Source: a virus. From it: a stretch of 64,000 nt of DNA. The translations under genes and the position numbers were made by a program. The notes beneath the pieces are model-generated. The model saw only the letters and a list, made by a program, of their open reading frames with translations. It searched no databases and had not been told where the DNA came from. Location of the stretch: IMG/VR virus record IMGVR_UViG_3300032235_001069, positions 21,693 through 85,692 of that record, one strand, 5' to 3'. This document shows, in pieces, positions 17,776-28,279 of the stretch (the first letter of the stretch is position 1; every line of letters starts with the position of its first letter).

Positions 17776-18123
17776 ATGATGATCAGCTCTCAAAAAATTA
17801 AAGACGTTTTAATGACTTCGTTTGCAGTCTTATCGGTTGCAGCGGTTTCAGTTTGTTATGATTCTTATTTAACTGACAAAGAATGGAAGCAGATGCTTCT
17901 AAAAGAAGGGTATGCAGAGTACGATTCTAAAACTGGAGATTGGAAATTAAGCAAACCAGAAATTGTAATGTTTAATCTTAATGATCTGGAGAGTAAGGGT
18001 CAAAAGATGCAGCTCAAAATTGATGATTATTTAAAAGCTCTTGAAACAGAAGTGGATAAATTTCAGAAGCAATCAGAAGCCATTATCGAAGGTGTAAAAG
18101 CCTCTAATGGAAAAAAGAATTAA
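17776..18123 (+). CDS. Membrane-anchored hypothetical protein
   Basis: N-terminal TM segment. Confidence 0.6.
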   Translation: MMISSQKIKDVLMTSFAVLSVAAVSVCYDSYLTDKEWKQMLLKEGYAEYDSKTGDWKLSKPEIVMFNLNDLESKGQKMQLKIDDYLKALETEVDKFQKQSEAIIEGVKASNGKKN

Positions 18124-18292
18124 AATTAATTTTAATAATTCGACTCAACTTTGGACTGCTGAAACTGAAAGTGGAATTTTTATCGGAAGAGCGAAAGATA
18201 AAGAAAGTTTGTATGAACAAATTTTCCTTTATTTCAGAATAAATATTCACTTTTAATCTTGACAAAATATATAAATCTGCTAAATTCTCATC

Positions 18293-19387
18293 ATGAGTAC
18301 TGATAAAAAAATTGACGTAACAAAAACTACACAAAGCAATGCCCTTGGACCATCTGCAATTAAATCTGCCATCAAGACTCTATTGAAGGCCAGAGAAGTT
18401 CCTATGATTTGGGGACCTCCAGGTGTCGGCAAATCAGATCTCTGTTTTGAAATTGGCAAAGAAACAAATCGGAAAGTTCTCGATATTCGTCTTGCGCTTT
18501 GGGAACCAACTGATGTTCGCGGGATTCCATTTTACGATCCAGAGTCTAAAACAATGAAGTGGGCTCCGCCTTCTGAGCTACCACAAGGTAAAAAAGATAA
18601 TCCTATTATTTTATTTGACGAACTTCCTTCTGCAGCACCCACTGTTCAAGTTGGGGCGTATCAGATTACTCTAAATCGCAGAATTGGCGAGTATGTACTT
18701 CCCGAAGGCGCAGATATGATTTGTGCTGGTAATCGCGAAAATGATCGTGGTGTTACTTACAAAATGCCAATGCCTTTGGCCAATCGCTTGATTCATCTTC
18801 AGATGAAAGCAGATTTTAATGATTGGTTTCAATGGGCAATTAATAATGATGTACATAATGACGTAGTTTCATTTTTAACTTGGTCCAAAAAAGATCTTTT
18901 TGATTTTGATCCAAAGTCTTCGTCAATGGCTTTTGCAACTCCTCGTTCTTGGGAAAAGGCATCTAACATTCTAAAGCATGTAACTAATGAATCTGAAAAT
19001 TTAGTTACCTCCTTGATGGGGGGAGCGATTGGCGATGGCTTGGCAATTAGTTTCATGACCTACAGGAAGCTCGCAAGTAAGCTTCCTAAGACAGATGAAA
19101 TTTTAGATGGTTCGCTTAAGAAACTTAAGAACTCAAAAGACATTTCAATTCTTTACGCAGTTTGCATCAATTGCTGTTCAGAACTAAGAGAAAGAATTGG
19201 TCAGAAAAATTGGCTAGAACAAGTAGATAATTATTTTCAGTTTGCTCTTGACAATTTCATGCAGGAGATGATAGTTGTAGCAGTCAAGTTCGCATTGAGA
19301 AATTACGAACTGCCAATCGATCCATGCAAGCTTAAAACATACAACGCTTTCATGGAAAAAGTGGAGAAACATCTCTTTTCTAATTAA
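18293..19387 (+). CDS. MoxR-like AAA+ ATPase
   Basis: GPPGVGKS, LFDE, AGNR, LANR, TPRSW. Confidence 0.9.
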   Translation: MSTDKKIDVTKTTQSNALGPSAIKSAIKTLLKAREVPMIWGPPGVGKSDLCFEIGKETNRKVLDIRLALWEPTDVRGIPFYDPESKTMKWAPPSELPQGKKDNPIILFDELPSAAPTVQVGAYQITLNRRIGEYVLPEGADMICAGNRENDRGVTYKMPMPLANRLIHLQMKADFNDWFQWAINNDVHNDVVSFLTWSKKDLFDFDPKSSSMAFATPRSWEKASNILKHVTNESENLVTSLMGGAIGDGLAISFMTYRKLASKLPKTDEILDGSLKKLKNSKDISILYAVCINCCSELRERIGQKNWLEQVDNYFQFALDNFMQEMIVVAVKFALRNYELPIDPCKLKTYNAFMEKVEKHLFSN

Positions 19388-19388
19388 T

Positions 19389-20564
19389 ATGCTCAAAAAA
19401 ACGGAACAGTTGTCAGCTACCGATAAAATTATATCGGCAAGAATTAAATTGCTATTAAGTCAACCGTTTTTCGGAAATATTGTATCTCGTCTCGAATTGG
19501 TCGAGACGAGACAATTTCCAACTGGAGCAACTGATGGATATAGATTATATTTTAATCCAGACTTTATTGACAAATTAACTTCAGCAGAAGTTTTATTTTT
19601 TGTTGCTCATGAAGCTTGTCATATCATTTTCCTTTATTGGGAAAGACAGAATGATAGGATCAGTCAAATGTGGAATGCAGCTTCTGATTATGCGGCTAAT
19701 GATATTTTAAAAGTAAATAAAATTGGCAAATTGGTTGAAGATTGTCTTTGGAGTGAAAAATACAAGAATTCTTATTCCGAAGAAATTTATGACGATTTGC
19801 AAAAAAATGCTCCTAAAACTGCTGCGGCATACGATAAGTTTTTAAAAGATTTAGCTTCTAAGATTCTTGATACCCATATTCCAATGGATAAGGATGGAGA
19901 GGGCAATCAAAGATCTCAAGAAGAAATTGAAAGCTTAATTAATCAAATTAAGCAAGATATTATTTCTGGAATACAATCTTGCGATTCTGGAAATAGACCG
20001 CAAGGAATTGATCGAATTGTTGGATCTATCACCAATCCGCAACTGTCTTGGCAGGAAGTTATTCGCCAAAAGTGCAAATCAAAAATAAGAAATGATTTTA
20101 CTTTCATGCGCCCAAGCAAAAGATCTTTTCATACGGGAGTATATCTACCCAGCATGCATGTTGAAGATCATATTGATATCTGCATTGCATTTGATGTTTC
20201 GGGTTCAATTGGAGACGATTTGATTTCGCTCTTTAAGTCTGAGATTTTTGGAATTATTTCTGATTTTAAATCTTGGAATATCAAGATGTGGAGTTTCGAT
20301 ACTAAGGTGTACAACGTCAAAGAATACTCGTCAGATGGCGATTCTGGCGTCCTTGATTACGAACCTCAAGGAGGTGGAGGTACTGATTACGAATGCAATT
20401 GGCAATACATGAAAAACAATGAAATAGATCCTAAACTTTTCATCATGTTTACCGATCTATATCCATATGGAAGTTGGGGCGATCCTAACTACTGCGATAC
20501 AATTTTTATAGGTTATCATAATAAGACAACAGTAGCTCCATTCGGTGAAACGATTCATCTATGA
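19389..20564 (+). CDS. Metallopeptidase-like (DUF2201-type) plus VWA domain protein
   Basis: ATDG, HEACH, WN.A.D...N; DVSGS MIDAS; GGGGTD; FTD. Confidence 0.88.
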   Translation: MLKKTEQLSATDKIISARIKLLLSQPFFGNIVSRLELVETRQFPTGATDGYRLYFNPDFIDKLTSAEVLFFVAHEACHIIFLYWERQNDRISQMWNAASDYAANDILKVNKIGKLVEDCLWSEKYKNSYSEEIYDDLQKNAPKTAAAYDKFLKDLASKILDTHIPMDKDGEGNQRSQEEIESLINQIKQDIISGIQSCDSGNRPQGIDRIVGSITNPQLSWQEVIRQKCKSKIRNDFTFMRPSKRSFHTGVYLPSMHVEDHIDICIAFDVSGSIGDDLISLFKSEIFGIISDFKSWNIKMWSFDTKVYNVKEYSSDGDSGVLDYEPQGGGGTDYECNWQYMKNNEIDPKLFIMFTDLYPYGSWGDPNYCDTIFIGYHNKTTVAPFGETIHL

Positions 20565-20935
20565 CACTTTATAAAAAGATTGGTAAAAAATACGTTCCAG
20601 TAAGCGACACTGAGGCTTATTCTGGACTAGATAATGGCCACTGGCTAATTTCTATTGAAAAGGGTTCAACAAGCTGCAGAAGGGCAATTAATCCAGCTTT
20701 TGCTGAATTAGAACTCGCTTGCCTCTTGACAAGCCATAAGCTTGTGAGCTATCTTAGTGAAGTTAGTGCTGGTAGACCCAAAAGCAAATCTTTGACAGAA
20801 AAAGAACAGAAAGCACTTAAAGCCTTCTACAGGATAGCTGGTAAAGATTCTTTGCTTTATTGGGAATATCCGTCTCTTCAAGAAATGGCAGAAAATATAC
20901 TCAAATTAATTGCTTCAAACGGAAAATGTGCCTAA
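20561..20935 (+). CDS. Hypothetical protein
   Basis: ORF in operon. Confidence 0.6.
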   Translation: MTLYKKIGKKYVPVSDTEAYSGLDNGHWLISIEKGSTSCRRAINPAFAELELACLLTSHKLVSYLSEVSAGRPKSKSLTEKEQKALKAFYRIAGKDSLLYWEYPSLQEMAENILKLIASNGKCA

Positions 20936-21144
20936 ATTTATTAATGTTATATTTGATAATATTTCACACACCAAAATTCTTTAAACATATTAAATGATTA
21001 AATTTATTAATTCATTTCTAAATCTTTTCGAAAAGATCTTTAAAAGATGTCTGTTTGCATGCTTCGCAACCGTTGCATTTCCATTCATAATGATAGCTTT
21101 TATACTTGGCATAATAGGTTTAGAAAAAATAAAAACCAAAGACG

Positions 21145-21339
21145 ATGAAGACTAAAACAATTGAAATAGATTTAAATAAATTCTCCAAAGAAGAATTGAT
21201 TTTTCTCATTAACATGGCTCATTCTAAAGATATAACATTTAACGAGTGTATTGTATATATAATTAAAAGAGCATTAAATGAATTCGAAACAATTGAACGA
21301 GTTAGAGCTGAACGAGCAGCTGCAAATATTGAAGAGTGA
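21145..21339 (+). CDS. Small hypothetical protein
   Basis: 'L..MAH.KDITFN' motif. Confidence 0.6.
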   Translation: MKTKTIEIDLNKFSKEELIFLINMAHSKDITFNECIVYIIKRALNEFETIERVRAERAAANIEE

Positions 21340-21880
21340 GTATTTAGCTAGAAAAACTTTCCATCTAATAAAAACTGGAAAAGAGCCAAAAAGAAAAAAT
21401 CTATTTAAAAATCTATTTTATCTAGCTGGTTTCGGAGATAAATATTTGCAAATATTGTCTACTGGTCAAAAAGGCATTGACTCTCAACTTTATCAATTTT
21501 GCAAAATAAAAATAAGAGAAACTATGGATGAAAATGTTACGGACTTTATGATCCGTAGCATAATTGATGTCTGCGATAAATATTTAAACATAGCTTCTTT
21601 TAATTTTAACAAATCTTATGTTTGGACTTTAGAAATAGCTTATTCGGATGTGCAGTGGGAGCAGATTGATTTAGAACTTCTATCTAATCACTCTGACAAT
21701 ATTGATATTGTTAATTATTTTCCTAGCGTTATAAATTTTAAAAAAATCCCACAAAGCATTAAAAAAATTCTTGAAGAAAAAAAATTAGAATTTGAGGCTA
21801 AAAAAGAACTCGAAAGAGAGCAGATTATGATTGACTATCTTCAAACAAAAGGCTATACAGTTCAAAAAACAATTCTATGA
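21278..21880 (+). CDS. Hypothetical protein
   Basis: ORF in operon. Confidence 0.55.
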   Translation: MNSKQLNELELNEQLQILKSEYLARKTFHLIKTGKEPKRKNLFKNLFYLAGFGDKYLQILSTGQKGIDSQLYQFCKIKIRETMDENVTDFMIRSIIDVCDKYLNIASFNFNKSYVWTLEIAYSDVQWEQIDLELLSNHSDNIDIVNYFPSVINFKKIPQSIKKILEEKKLEFEAKKELEREQIMIDYLQTKGYTVQKTIL

Positions 21881-22335
21881 ATAGACATACTAAATTAAGT
21901 TCCAAGCAACCATACTTATCTTTAAATAAGTTTTTATACGAGGAAACATTTGAGTTCGAACTTCATGATTTTAATTCTTTAAAATTTTGGATTCAAAAAA
22001 TTGAAGAACAATTTCCAGAATTTAAAACAAATTTTGAAATCAAAACTGAGAATCATCGATGTATTATTAAATTTTCTAGATATCAGAGAGAAGATGAAGA
22101 TACTTCTTTAGAGACTTTCGAAAAGATTCTTGAAAGTAAAGGTTATTTAATCGTCAAACCAGTATTGCCTATTTCAAAATCTGAGATTAAGCCCCTTACT
22201 ATAGCGCAACTCTCAGAGCAGTTCATGTCGGTTAAACCATTAGATACTCAATTTCTACCAACATTAACCACAAACTATTTAGCAAATTTATTTCCAACTG
22301 GATTTACTTACCTCAACACTACAAATACAAAATAA
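21877..22335 (+). CDS. Hypothetical protein
   Basis: ORF in operon. Confidence 0.55.
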   Translation: MNRHTKLSSKQPYLSLNKFLYEETFEFELHDFNSLKFWIQKIEEQFPEFKTNFEIKTENHRCIIKFSRYQREDEDTSLETFEKILESKGYLIVKPVLPISKSEIKPLTIAQLSEQFMSVKPLDTQFLPTLTTNYLANLFPTGFTYLNTTNTK

Positions 22336-22337
22336 AT

Positions 22338-22619
22338 ATGAAAATCAAAAATCTAATCATTAGCTCAATTTTAATGAGCGCATCTATCGTTTCAGCTATT
22401 AAAGCTGTTGATAATAAGCAAGCTAAGTATTGTCCTGTTGTTGAGCCAATTGTAATTAATCCCGCAGAACTTTACGCACAGAATAATGAAGAGCAGCAAT
22501 TTATTTTTGAAGAACATTGTCCAAAATGTCAGTCTGGAGTTTTTAGGGCAAGAATTGACGATCCCAAAAACGAAAAAGGTTTAAGTTGCACATTCTGTAG
22601 TTTCACTAAGGCTGAATAA
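22338..22619 (+). CDS. Signal-peptide protein with C-terminal zinc ribbon
   Basis: CPKC...CTFC. Confidence 0.6.
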   Translation: MKIKNLIISSILMSASIVSAIKAVDNKQAKYCPVVEPIVINPAELYAQNNEEQQFIFEEHCPKCQSGVFRARIDDPKNEKGLSCTFCSFTKAE

Positions 22620-22622
22620 TTC

Positions 22623-22871
22623 ATGATTCCAGAAATAGGTAAAAAATACAATATAAATTATCTTCCTTGGCCAAGTTTTCTAAAAAATCAATTTTTAGTT
22701 AAATATAAAGGCATTGGCACTTATGGAGGAGATTCAAGAATTGAAACCTATGGAATGGAATATGGAGCAGAAGCAAGTGAAATAATTTATTGGTTTACAG
22801 ATCTAGAAGGTGGAAATTCGGGCTGGTTCTCTTCAGAGGATATCATATCTGAATGCAAGGATGAAGTGTAA
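22623..22871 (+). CDS. Hypothetical protein
   Basis: ORF in operon. Confidence 0.55.
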   Translation: MIPEIGKKYNINYLPWPSFLKNQFLVKYKGIGTYGGDSRIETYGMEYGAEASEIIYWFTDLEGGNSGWFSSEDIISECKDEV

Positions 22872-22880
22872 TACTATTAC

Positions 22881-23261
22881 ATGGATTCTAATCATTTAAA
22901 AGAGTATGGGATTGACATAGGTCTGTTGGTGAGCGGTTTGTTCGGAGCAATACTTCTCACCAGTAAAGGCTCTGCAATGAATCTTCCTAGAACTATATCT
23001 AGTTTAATAGGTGGTGCTGCTTCAGCTAATTACATCACCCCTATCGTAGTTAATATAGCTAAACTGGATAATACTCACTACCATTATGGTATAGCTTTTC
23101 TGTTGGGCTTCTTGGGATTGAAGGGAATTGAATATTTTAGCAAAAAACTTCTCCCAGATGATATGGAACAAATTATACAAAAAGTTGAAATTCCTCTCGA
23201 AGAGGAGAGTATAAAAGAGATCAAGAAATCTAGAAAACCAAGAAAGAAAACTTCTTTATGA
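22881..23261 (+). CDS. Three-TM membrane protein, holin-like
   Basis: Three TM segments, basic tail, GTGTAA 9 nt upstream. Confidence 0.6.
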   Translation: MDSNHLKEYGIDIGLLVSGLFGAILLTSKGSAMNLPRTISSLIGGAASANYITPIVVNIAKLDNTHYHYGIAFLLGFLGLKGIEYFSKKLLPDDMEQIIQKVEIPLEEESIKEIKKSRKPRKKTSL

Positions 23262-23665
23262 GCGCAATCGTAGTAGTCAATGCAATCTGTAACGTAACAA
23301 CATCAATTTCCTCTTTAGCATTATTGCTTCATGTTTTTGGAGATCCTCATAATGAAATTTGGGATAATAAAATTAAAGCTTGGCTTGCCAAGCTTGGATT
23401 GAGCGTAATGATTTGTGGTGCGACATCCAACGCTTTAACGCTTTCAAATCCACCTGCAACAGAAGTTTTATTAAATGTCGGTATCGCCCTTACGCTATTC
23501 TGGCTATCTTGGTGGCAATGGGAATTGTTCAAGCAAATGCACCACAAAGCAAAAAAGCATGTGGAAAAGCAGCAAGAATTAAAAAAGTCCGAAGAAAAAG
23601 AACAGGTTAAACCTGTAGTTCGTAGATCTCCAAGAGTCAAGAGAACGAACAAAGTTAATGCTTAA
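23258..23665 (+). CDS. Three-TM membrane protein
   Basis: Hydrophobic segments, basic tail; coupled to previous gene. Confidence 0.6.
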   Translation: MSAIVVVNAICNVTTSISSLALLLHVFGDPHNEIWDNKIKAWLAKLGLSVMICGATSNALTLSNPPATEVLLNVGIALTLFWLSWWQWELFKQMHHKAKKHVEKQQELKKSEEKEQVKPVVRRSPRVKRTNKVNA

Positions 23666-24350
23666 AAAGCTTTTAAATTTAAACTTTTTACGTCTCAGCC
23701 TTTTTAATAAGACTGAGACTCTTGCTATATATGTGCAATACCCAATAGCTGATTTAGAATGCGCTCAAGCATTAGGTGCAATTTGTAAGAAAAAATATAA
23801 AATCAAATACCTGAACCATGGCACTTTAAACAAAAAAGCTTTAAAAAAAGTCGATTGTTTAGTTTTTCCAGGTGGCTTGGGTGATTCTGATAATTTTGAT
23901 CATCTTCTAAAAGATAAAAAGAAAATCGTCGAAGATTACGTTTCGAACGGCGGCAAGTATCTAGGCATATGTATGGGTGGATATCTTGCGGGTAAGCATT
24001 ATTTTAATTTATTAAAAAATGTAGATGCGGTTCAATACATTAAAAGAAAAAAAGCTGAACTGCGATACGAACACGAAACAGTAACCCAAATCAAGTGGAA
24101 AGGAAAAGCATATAAAATGTTTTTTTATGATGGTTGTGCATTGATTGGTGATGAATCTAGCTTTCAAACTATCGCAAGATATAAGAATGGCGATCCAATG
24201 GCTATTATTCAAGGTAACGTTGGCGTAATTGGCTGTCATCCCGAAAGTCCAAAGTATTGGTACGAAGGCACTGCATTTGAAAAATACTGGCATGAAGGCG
24301 CGGATCATGAATTATTGCTTGACTTTATTCAAGACTTGCTAGATAATTAA
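23658..24350 (+). CDS. Class I glutamine-amidotransferase-like (BPL_N-type) protein
   Basis: FPGG, GKYLGICMGGY nucleophile elbow, HPE. Confidence 0.8.
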   Translation: MLKKLLNLNFLRLSLFNKTETLAIYVQYPIADLECAQALGAICKKKYKIKYLNHGTLNKKALKKVDCLVFPGGLGDSDNFDHLLKDKKKIVEDYVSNGGKYLGICMGGYLAGKHYFNLLKNVDAVQYIKRKKAELRYEHETVTQIKWKGKAYKMFFYDGCALIGDESSFQTIARYKNGDPMAIIQGNVGVIGCHPESPKYWYEGTAFEKYWHEGADHELLLDFIQDLLDN

Positions 24351-24372
24351 CGCGCACCCTTTCTTGTAAAGT

Positions 24373-24600
24373 ATGAAAAATAAAAACGAAGTAATCTTTG
24401 TCGTAAGCAATCAAATCGTCTTTCCAAATTCAAAAATCAATTGGCCTGATTTGAATTATCCAGATTCTGGAGAAACAATTCTTAGATATCTTCATTTGAT
24501 CGACTATTCGAATAAAAAGATTCAACTAGATTCTGCAAATGGACCTTGGTTTGAGAACTCTCAACTTCCATCTGGCGTAGGTTTCTTCAAAAAAATTTAA
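24373..24600 (+). CDS. Hypothetical protein
   Basis: ORF after TTGCTA promoter-like site. Confidence 0.5.
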   Translation: MKNKNEVIFVVSNQIVFPNSKINWPDLNYPDSGETILRYLHLIDYSNKKIQLDSANGPWFENSQLPSGVGFFKKI

Positions 24601-24705
24601 TCATGCAAAACGGAAAAGGTTCAAAGCCTAGACCAATCAAAAATTTTGATCAGTTTTCAAATAACTGGGAACAAATCAATTGGAACAATAAAAAGCCTAA
24701 AAAAA

Positions 24706-24927
24706 ATGAAAAAAGTAAAAATCAAAACACTGTGCTCAACTTGTCTGGACCCACTAGAAGTTGAGTGGCCTGAACAAATGAATTGGGCTGGCGAAACAGT
24801 CACTGCCCACGAATACATGGCAAAAGCGTTAAATTCAGACTTTGCCAAGATCTGTTGTGATAAATGTCTTGACGAAATGCCAGATTTTGATTTTAATGAT
24901 CCTAATTACAACGTAGAATACGTATGA
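24706..24927 (+). CDS. Small zinc-binding protein
   Basis: CSTC...CDKC. Confidence 0.55.
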   Translation: MKKVKIKTLCSTCLDPLEVEWPEQMNWAGETVTAHEYMAKALNSDFAKICCDKCLDEMPDFDFNDPNYNVEYV

Positions 24928-25089
24928 ATTTATATAAAAAAGAACCAGAGACTTCAGAACTTGAATCTGTACTAACTCTTGTTCCAGATGTTGGAAGTGT
25001 TGCTGATTTGATAGATTATTTGATTGATCAGCAAAACAAATATAAAAACGACGAACTCTTTTATAGTTTCGTGCAGTCAAAGAAAATCT

Positions 25090-25395
25090 ATGGAGAATGA
25101 TGATTCTTTAACAGTTCAAATAGAAGAGCAGAATTATCATAGACTTGTTGACACGATTATTGAGCAGTCATACGTTCTCGAAGGAGAAGATTTAGAAACC
25201 TTTAATAGAATTCTCCGTAAAAAAAGAAAACATTTTGATGAGTCTTGTGGTTTAGAATTCGTTTCGGTAACTAGAAAAAGCACGCTTGATGGAGATGACG
25301 AATTCGAAGACTACGTAAGATATACTTATTATCATAATTTTAAAGTAGTAAATAAGAAAAAATACACTTGGGCAAAAATAAAATATGGAATCTAA
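25090..25395 (+). CDS. Small protein, 'KYGI' family
   Basis: Ends FKVVNKKKYTWAKIKYGI. Confidence 0.65.
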   Translation: MENDDSLTVQIEEQNYHRLVDTIIEQSYVLEGEDLETFNRILRKKRKHFDESCGLEFVSVTRKSTLDGDDEFEDYVRYTYYHNFKVVNKKKYTWAKIKYGI

Positions 25396-25600
25396 ACTTA
25401 ATGATCTAATTGAATATCACGTAGCCAAAAGAGAAAACAATACTTGGTGGACATGCAAAGAAGTAAATTCTCTTGAAGAGGCTCTTGAGACTCTACAGAA
25501 TTTGAAATTTGAAAACAAAAAAGCAGATTATCAGATTTTAAAGAAAACAACTTCCTTCGAGGTAGTTTTCCATGATTCGGCGCAAATGGATTTATTTTAA
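25385..25600 (+). CDS. Hypothetical protein
   Basis: ORF in operon. Confidence 0.55.
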   Translation: MESKLNDLIEYHVAKRENNTWWTCKEVNSLEEALETLQNLKFENKKADYQILKKTTSFEVVFHDSAQMDLF

Positions 25601-25693
25601 TATGAATAAAATTTTATTCGTAATCGGATCAATCATACTTTTAGTTTTTGGAGGCTTGACAACTGGTCTTTTATTTGCTTATCTAATGAAGCA

Positions 25694-25915
25694 ATGACAT
25701 ACCTGCTCAAGATATACAAACAAGATAAAAGAAAAAAAACTGGCTATCGTTTTTGTGGCGAGTACGAATACGATAGAAAAGACTTGCATTCAATGCATAG
25801 AGAGATAAAAGAACTACATCCTTTATATCCTCACAAAGAAGGATACATGTTTCAAGTCTTTGAAAAAGAAAATCCACCATTTGCTTCAACCAAAGATCCT
25901 GTATATCAAGCATGA
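25694..25915 (+). CDS. Hypothetical protein
   Basis: ORF in operon. Confidence 0.55.
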   Translation: MTYLLKIYKQDKRKKTGYRFCGEYEYDRKDLHSMHREIKELHPLYPHKEGYMFQVFEKENPPFASTKDPVYQA

Positions 25916-26373
25916 AAATCTTCTTAGATGGCCACAAACCTTTTGAAAAACATTTCAAAATTAAATTTGATGAGCCAAAAATTAAAATCCATAGTAATGG
26001 ATTTATTTCTGTTACTGTAGATTGGCATTCAAAGAAGGGTTGCGAGCATTTCTGGAGATTTAAATATCCAGATTTGACCCACAAAATGTTTGGCGGCGAA
26101 ACAATCTTTAAAAGAAAAAAATATTTAACTAAAGCTGCGGCATTCAATTTTCCAGATCTAGATGTAGATAACGAGGATTGCAAGAAGGTGGATTTTAAAG
26201 AATTAAAAATGGCTTCTTGGTTTGACATATGCATTGGATCAGAAACGGAAGAAGAATTTTATAAAGATAGATATGATTACATTTTCTTCGAAAGTACAAA
26301 ATACGGTTTGGTTTGCTGGTTTGCTCCAGAACGCTGGGAAAATTGGGATGAAGCAAAAGATTTCGTACAATGA
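25912..26373 (+). CDS. Hypothetical protein
   Basis: ORF in operon (ATGA overlaps). Confidence 0.6.
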   Translation: MKIFLDGHKPFEKHFKIKFDEPKIKIHSNGFISVTVDWHSKKGCEHFWRFKYPDLTHKMFGGETIFKRKKYLTKAAAFNFPDLDVDNEDCKKVDFKELKMASWFDICIGSETEEEFYKDRYDYIFFESTKYGLVCWFAPERWENWDEAKDFVQ

Positions 26374-26579
26374 AACAATGGCCTAAAGTTGGTAGTAAAG
26401 TAACCTTTATAGGTGCGCAGCATTTTTGGTTTAAAAATGTTACCAATTATGCAAATGATCTCTTGCAAGTTGGTCAAGAATATACTATATCTAAGGTAGA
26501 ACCTTTGTCTAGTTGGTGCAAAATTTATTTAGAAGAGTTTCCAGATAAAATATTTTCTTTAAGTTTCTTTGATTATTAG
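26370..26579 (+). CDS. Hypothetical protein
   Basis: ORF in operon. Confidence 0.6.
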   Translation: MKQWPKVGSKVTFIGAQHFWFKNVTNYANDLLQVGQEYTISKVEPLSSWCKIYLEEFPDKIFSLSFFDY

Positions 26580-26588
26580 CAAACAACG

Positions 26589-26834
26589 ATGAGTAGTTTA
26601 AGTGGACAGAACAGCAATGGACGCATTAGTGGTACACGTTCGAGTCGTGTCTCATCGACCTTATTTCATCAATTACGAGAGTTAGATAGAAAGATCACTA
26701 AGATTGACGACAACATAATATTCTGGCTTAGAATCTTTAATTACAAAGAAGCAAATAAATTAGAAAAGAGAAGAGAAACTCTTGATAAAAAGAGGCAGCA
26801 AGTTAGAAACAAAAGAAAAAAGTATGAAGCATAA
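26589..26834 (+). CDS. Hypothetical protein
   Basis: ORF; start uncertain. Confidence 0.4.
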   Translation: MSSLSGQNSNGRISGTRSSRVSSTLFHQLRELDRKITKIDDNIIFWLRIFNYKEANKLEKRRETLDKKRQQVRNKRKKYEA

Positions 26835-27033
26835 AATTGCTTACAAATTCTACTCTTATGAGTGCGGAGATGGTTGTTGCGTTGAAACTGGGTACGACTG
26901 GTACGTAGATGGAGAATTTATTCTTCGTAGTCCGAGCGAGGACGCTGGATGGATGGCGGTAATACGAAAACTAGGAATTGATGCCACATTGGTGGGGCTG
27001 GATGAGAATGATCAAGAAATTTGGGAACTATAA
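26824..27033 (+). CDS. Hypothetical protein (CGDGCC motif)
   Basis: YECGDGCC..G. Confidence 0.6.
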   Translation: MKHKIAYKFYSYECGDGCCVETGYDWYVDGEFILRSPSEDAGWMAVIRKLGIDATLVGLDENDQEIWEL

Positions 27034-27037
27034 TATT

Positions 27038-27274
27038 ATGGATAAAACTCCCACACCTACTCTCAAACAGAAAGTAGAACAGTACGAACTGTTCTTGCAC
27101 AACATTAACATGATGCTTGTTTCTGGAAGTATTAAAGGTGTTCAAAAACTTATTGACCATGCAGATTCTTGGTCGTATAGTCATCGAGTGGGTAACGGAG
27201 AACTTACAGAAGAAGAACAGCAAGAATTAATCAACAGAGCTTTCTGGAATCTCAATAATATTCATCTAGATTGA
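27038..27274 (+). CDS. Hypothetical protein
   Basis: 'WSYSHRVGNGEL' motif. Confidence 0.6.
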   Translation: MDKTPTPTLKQKVEQYELFLHNINMMLVSGSIKGVQKLIDHADSWSYSHRVGNGELTEEEQQELINRAFWNLNNIHLD

Positions 27275-27275
27275 C

Positions 27276-27878
27276 ATGGAAAACACAAACTTTCTAAAAG
27301 AATTAGAAAAAAATCACAGAAAAGCTATCAAAGCAATCAAACACATGATTGATATTGAGGCTCAAGAATATCCTGAATATAAAGCAGCCGCAACACTGTG
27401 CAGGTTTATTTATGATAGCGAAGATAGGTATCTACTAATCCAAGAATCTGAAAAATTTGTTTATTTCTACCAAAGCTCACATGACTTTGAAATTCTGTGC
27501 AATAATATATATCACTCATTGACTGATGATGGGGATATTGCCTTCGTGCAGATTAATAATCATTGCCCAGTTATCGTGTTTCAATCTCGTTGGGAGCTGA
27601 AGATTGATGATCTCATGTCTAAAAGTGATAAGGCATTATATGAAAGATTAAATGCATTTAAAAAACGAAGAGGAATGCTTCCTCTTCATGAGAATAAAAT
27701 GGTAATTTTTAATAATGCTTACGAGTATATTGAAGCGGTTAAGCAGTATCGCATAGACTCAGAAATACAGAGCAACCGATTTGAAGAATGGAAAAGGTTG
27801 AATTTGAGATTAGCAGATAGACCACAAGCTAATTTAGATGAAGTTGACTTTGGAGCACCACATTTAAAAGAAGAATAA
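27276..27878 (+). CDS. Hypothetical protein
   Basis: ORF in operon. Confidence 0.6.
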   Translation: MENTNFLKELEKNHRKAIKAIKHMIDIEAQEYPEYKAAATLCRFIYDSEDRYLLIQESEKFVYFYQSSHDFEILCNNIYHSLTDDGDIAFVQINNHCPVIVFQSRWELKIDDLMSKSDKALYERLNAFKKRRGMLPLHENKMVIFNNAYEYIEAVKQYRIDSEIQSNRFEEWKRLNLRLADRPQANLDEVDFGAPHLKEE

Positions 27879-27879
27879 T

Positions 27880-28074
27880 ATGGAAATCAAACCAAAACAT
27901 TTCTATTACAACGAAACAGAAAACCGATTAATCTTTGTCTCAAAAGTCGAGAAAAGGCATGATGGAGTTGAAATCGTTTGGGCTTCCAAAGTTAACAAGA
28001 AAGATAGCATTTATACTCATTATGCTTCTGGTTTTTTGTTTAATCATAAATTGGTAGGATTTTTAATAGAATAA
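27880..28074 (+). CDS. Hypothetical protein
   Basis: ORF in operon. Confidence 0.5.
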   Translation: MEIKPKHFYYNETENRLIFVSKVEKRHDGVEIVWASKVNKKDSIYTHYASGFLFNHKLVGFLIE

Positions 28075-28077
28075 TAT

Positions 28078-28278
28078 ATGGGTAAATCAAACTACAAACT
28101 ATCAGACGAACAAAAGAAAGAATTAGATATCGTTGCTGAAAAAATGATTGAAGAGCTAGAAAATAGGTTGAGCGCTGTCGTAGGAGATATTTTAGATCCA
28201 TACGATGGTCGCAAACTAGATAATAATAAACTTACTGCCATGATGCGGCATGTTGGTGATCAGATAGCTTCTTATTGA
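28078..28278 (+). CDS. Hypothetical protein
   Basis: ORF in operon. Confidence 0.55.
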   Translation: MGKSNYKLSDEQKKELDIVAEKMIEELENRLSAVVGDILDPYDGRKLDNNKLTAMMRHVGDQIASY

Positions 28279-28279
28279 T

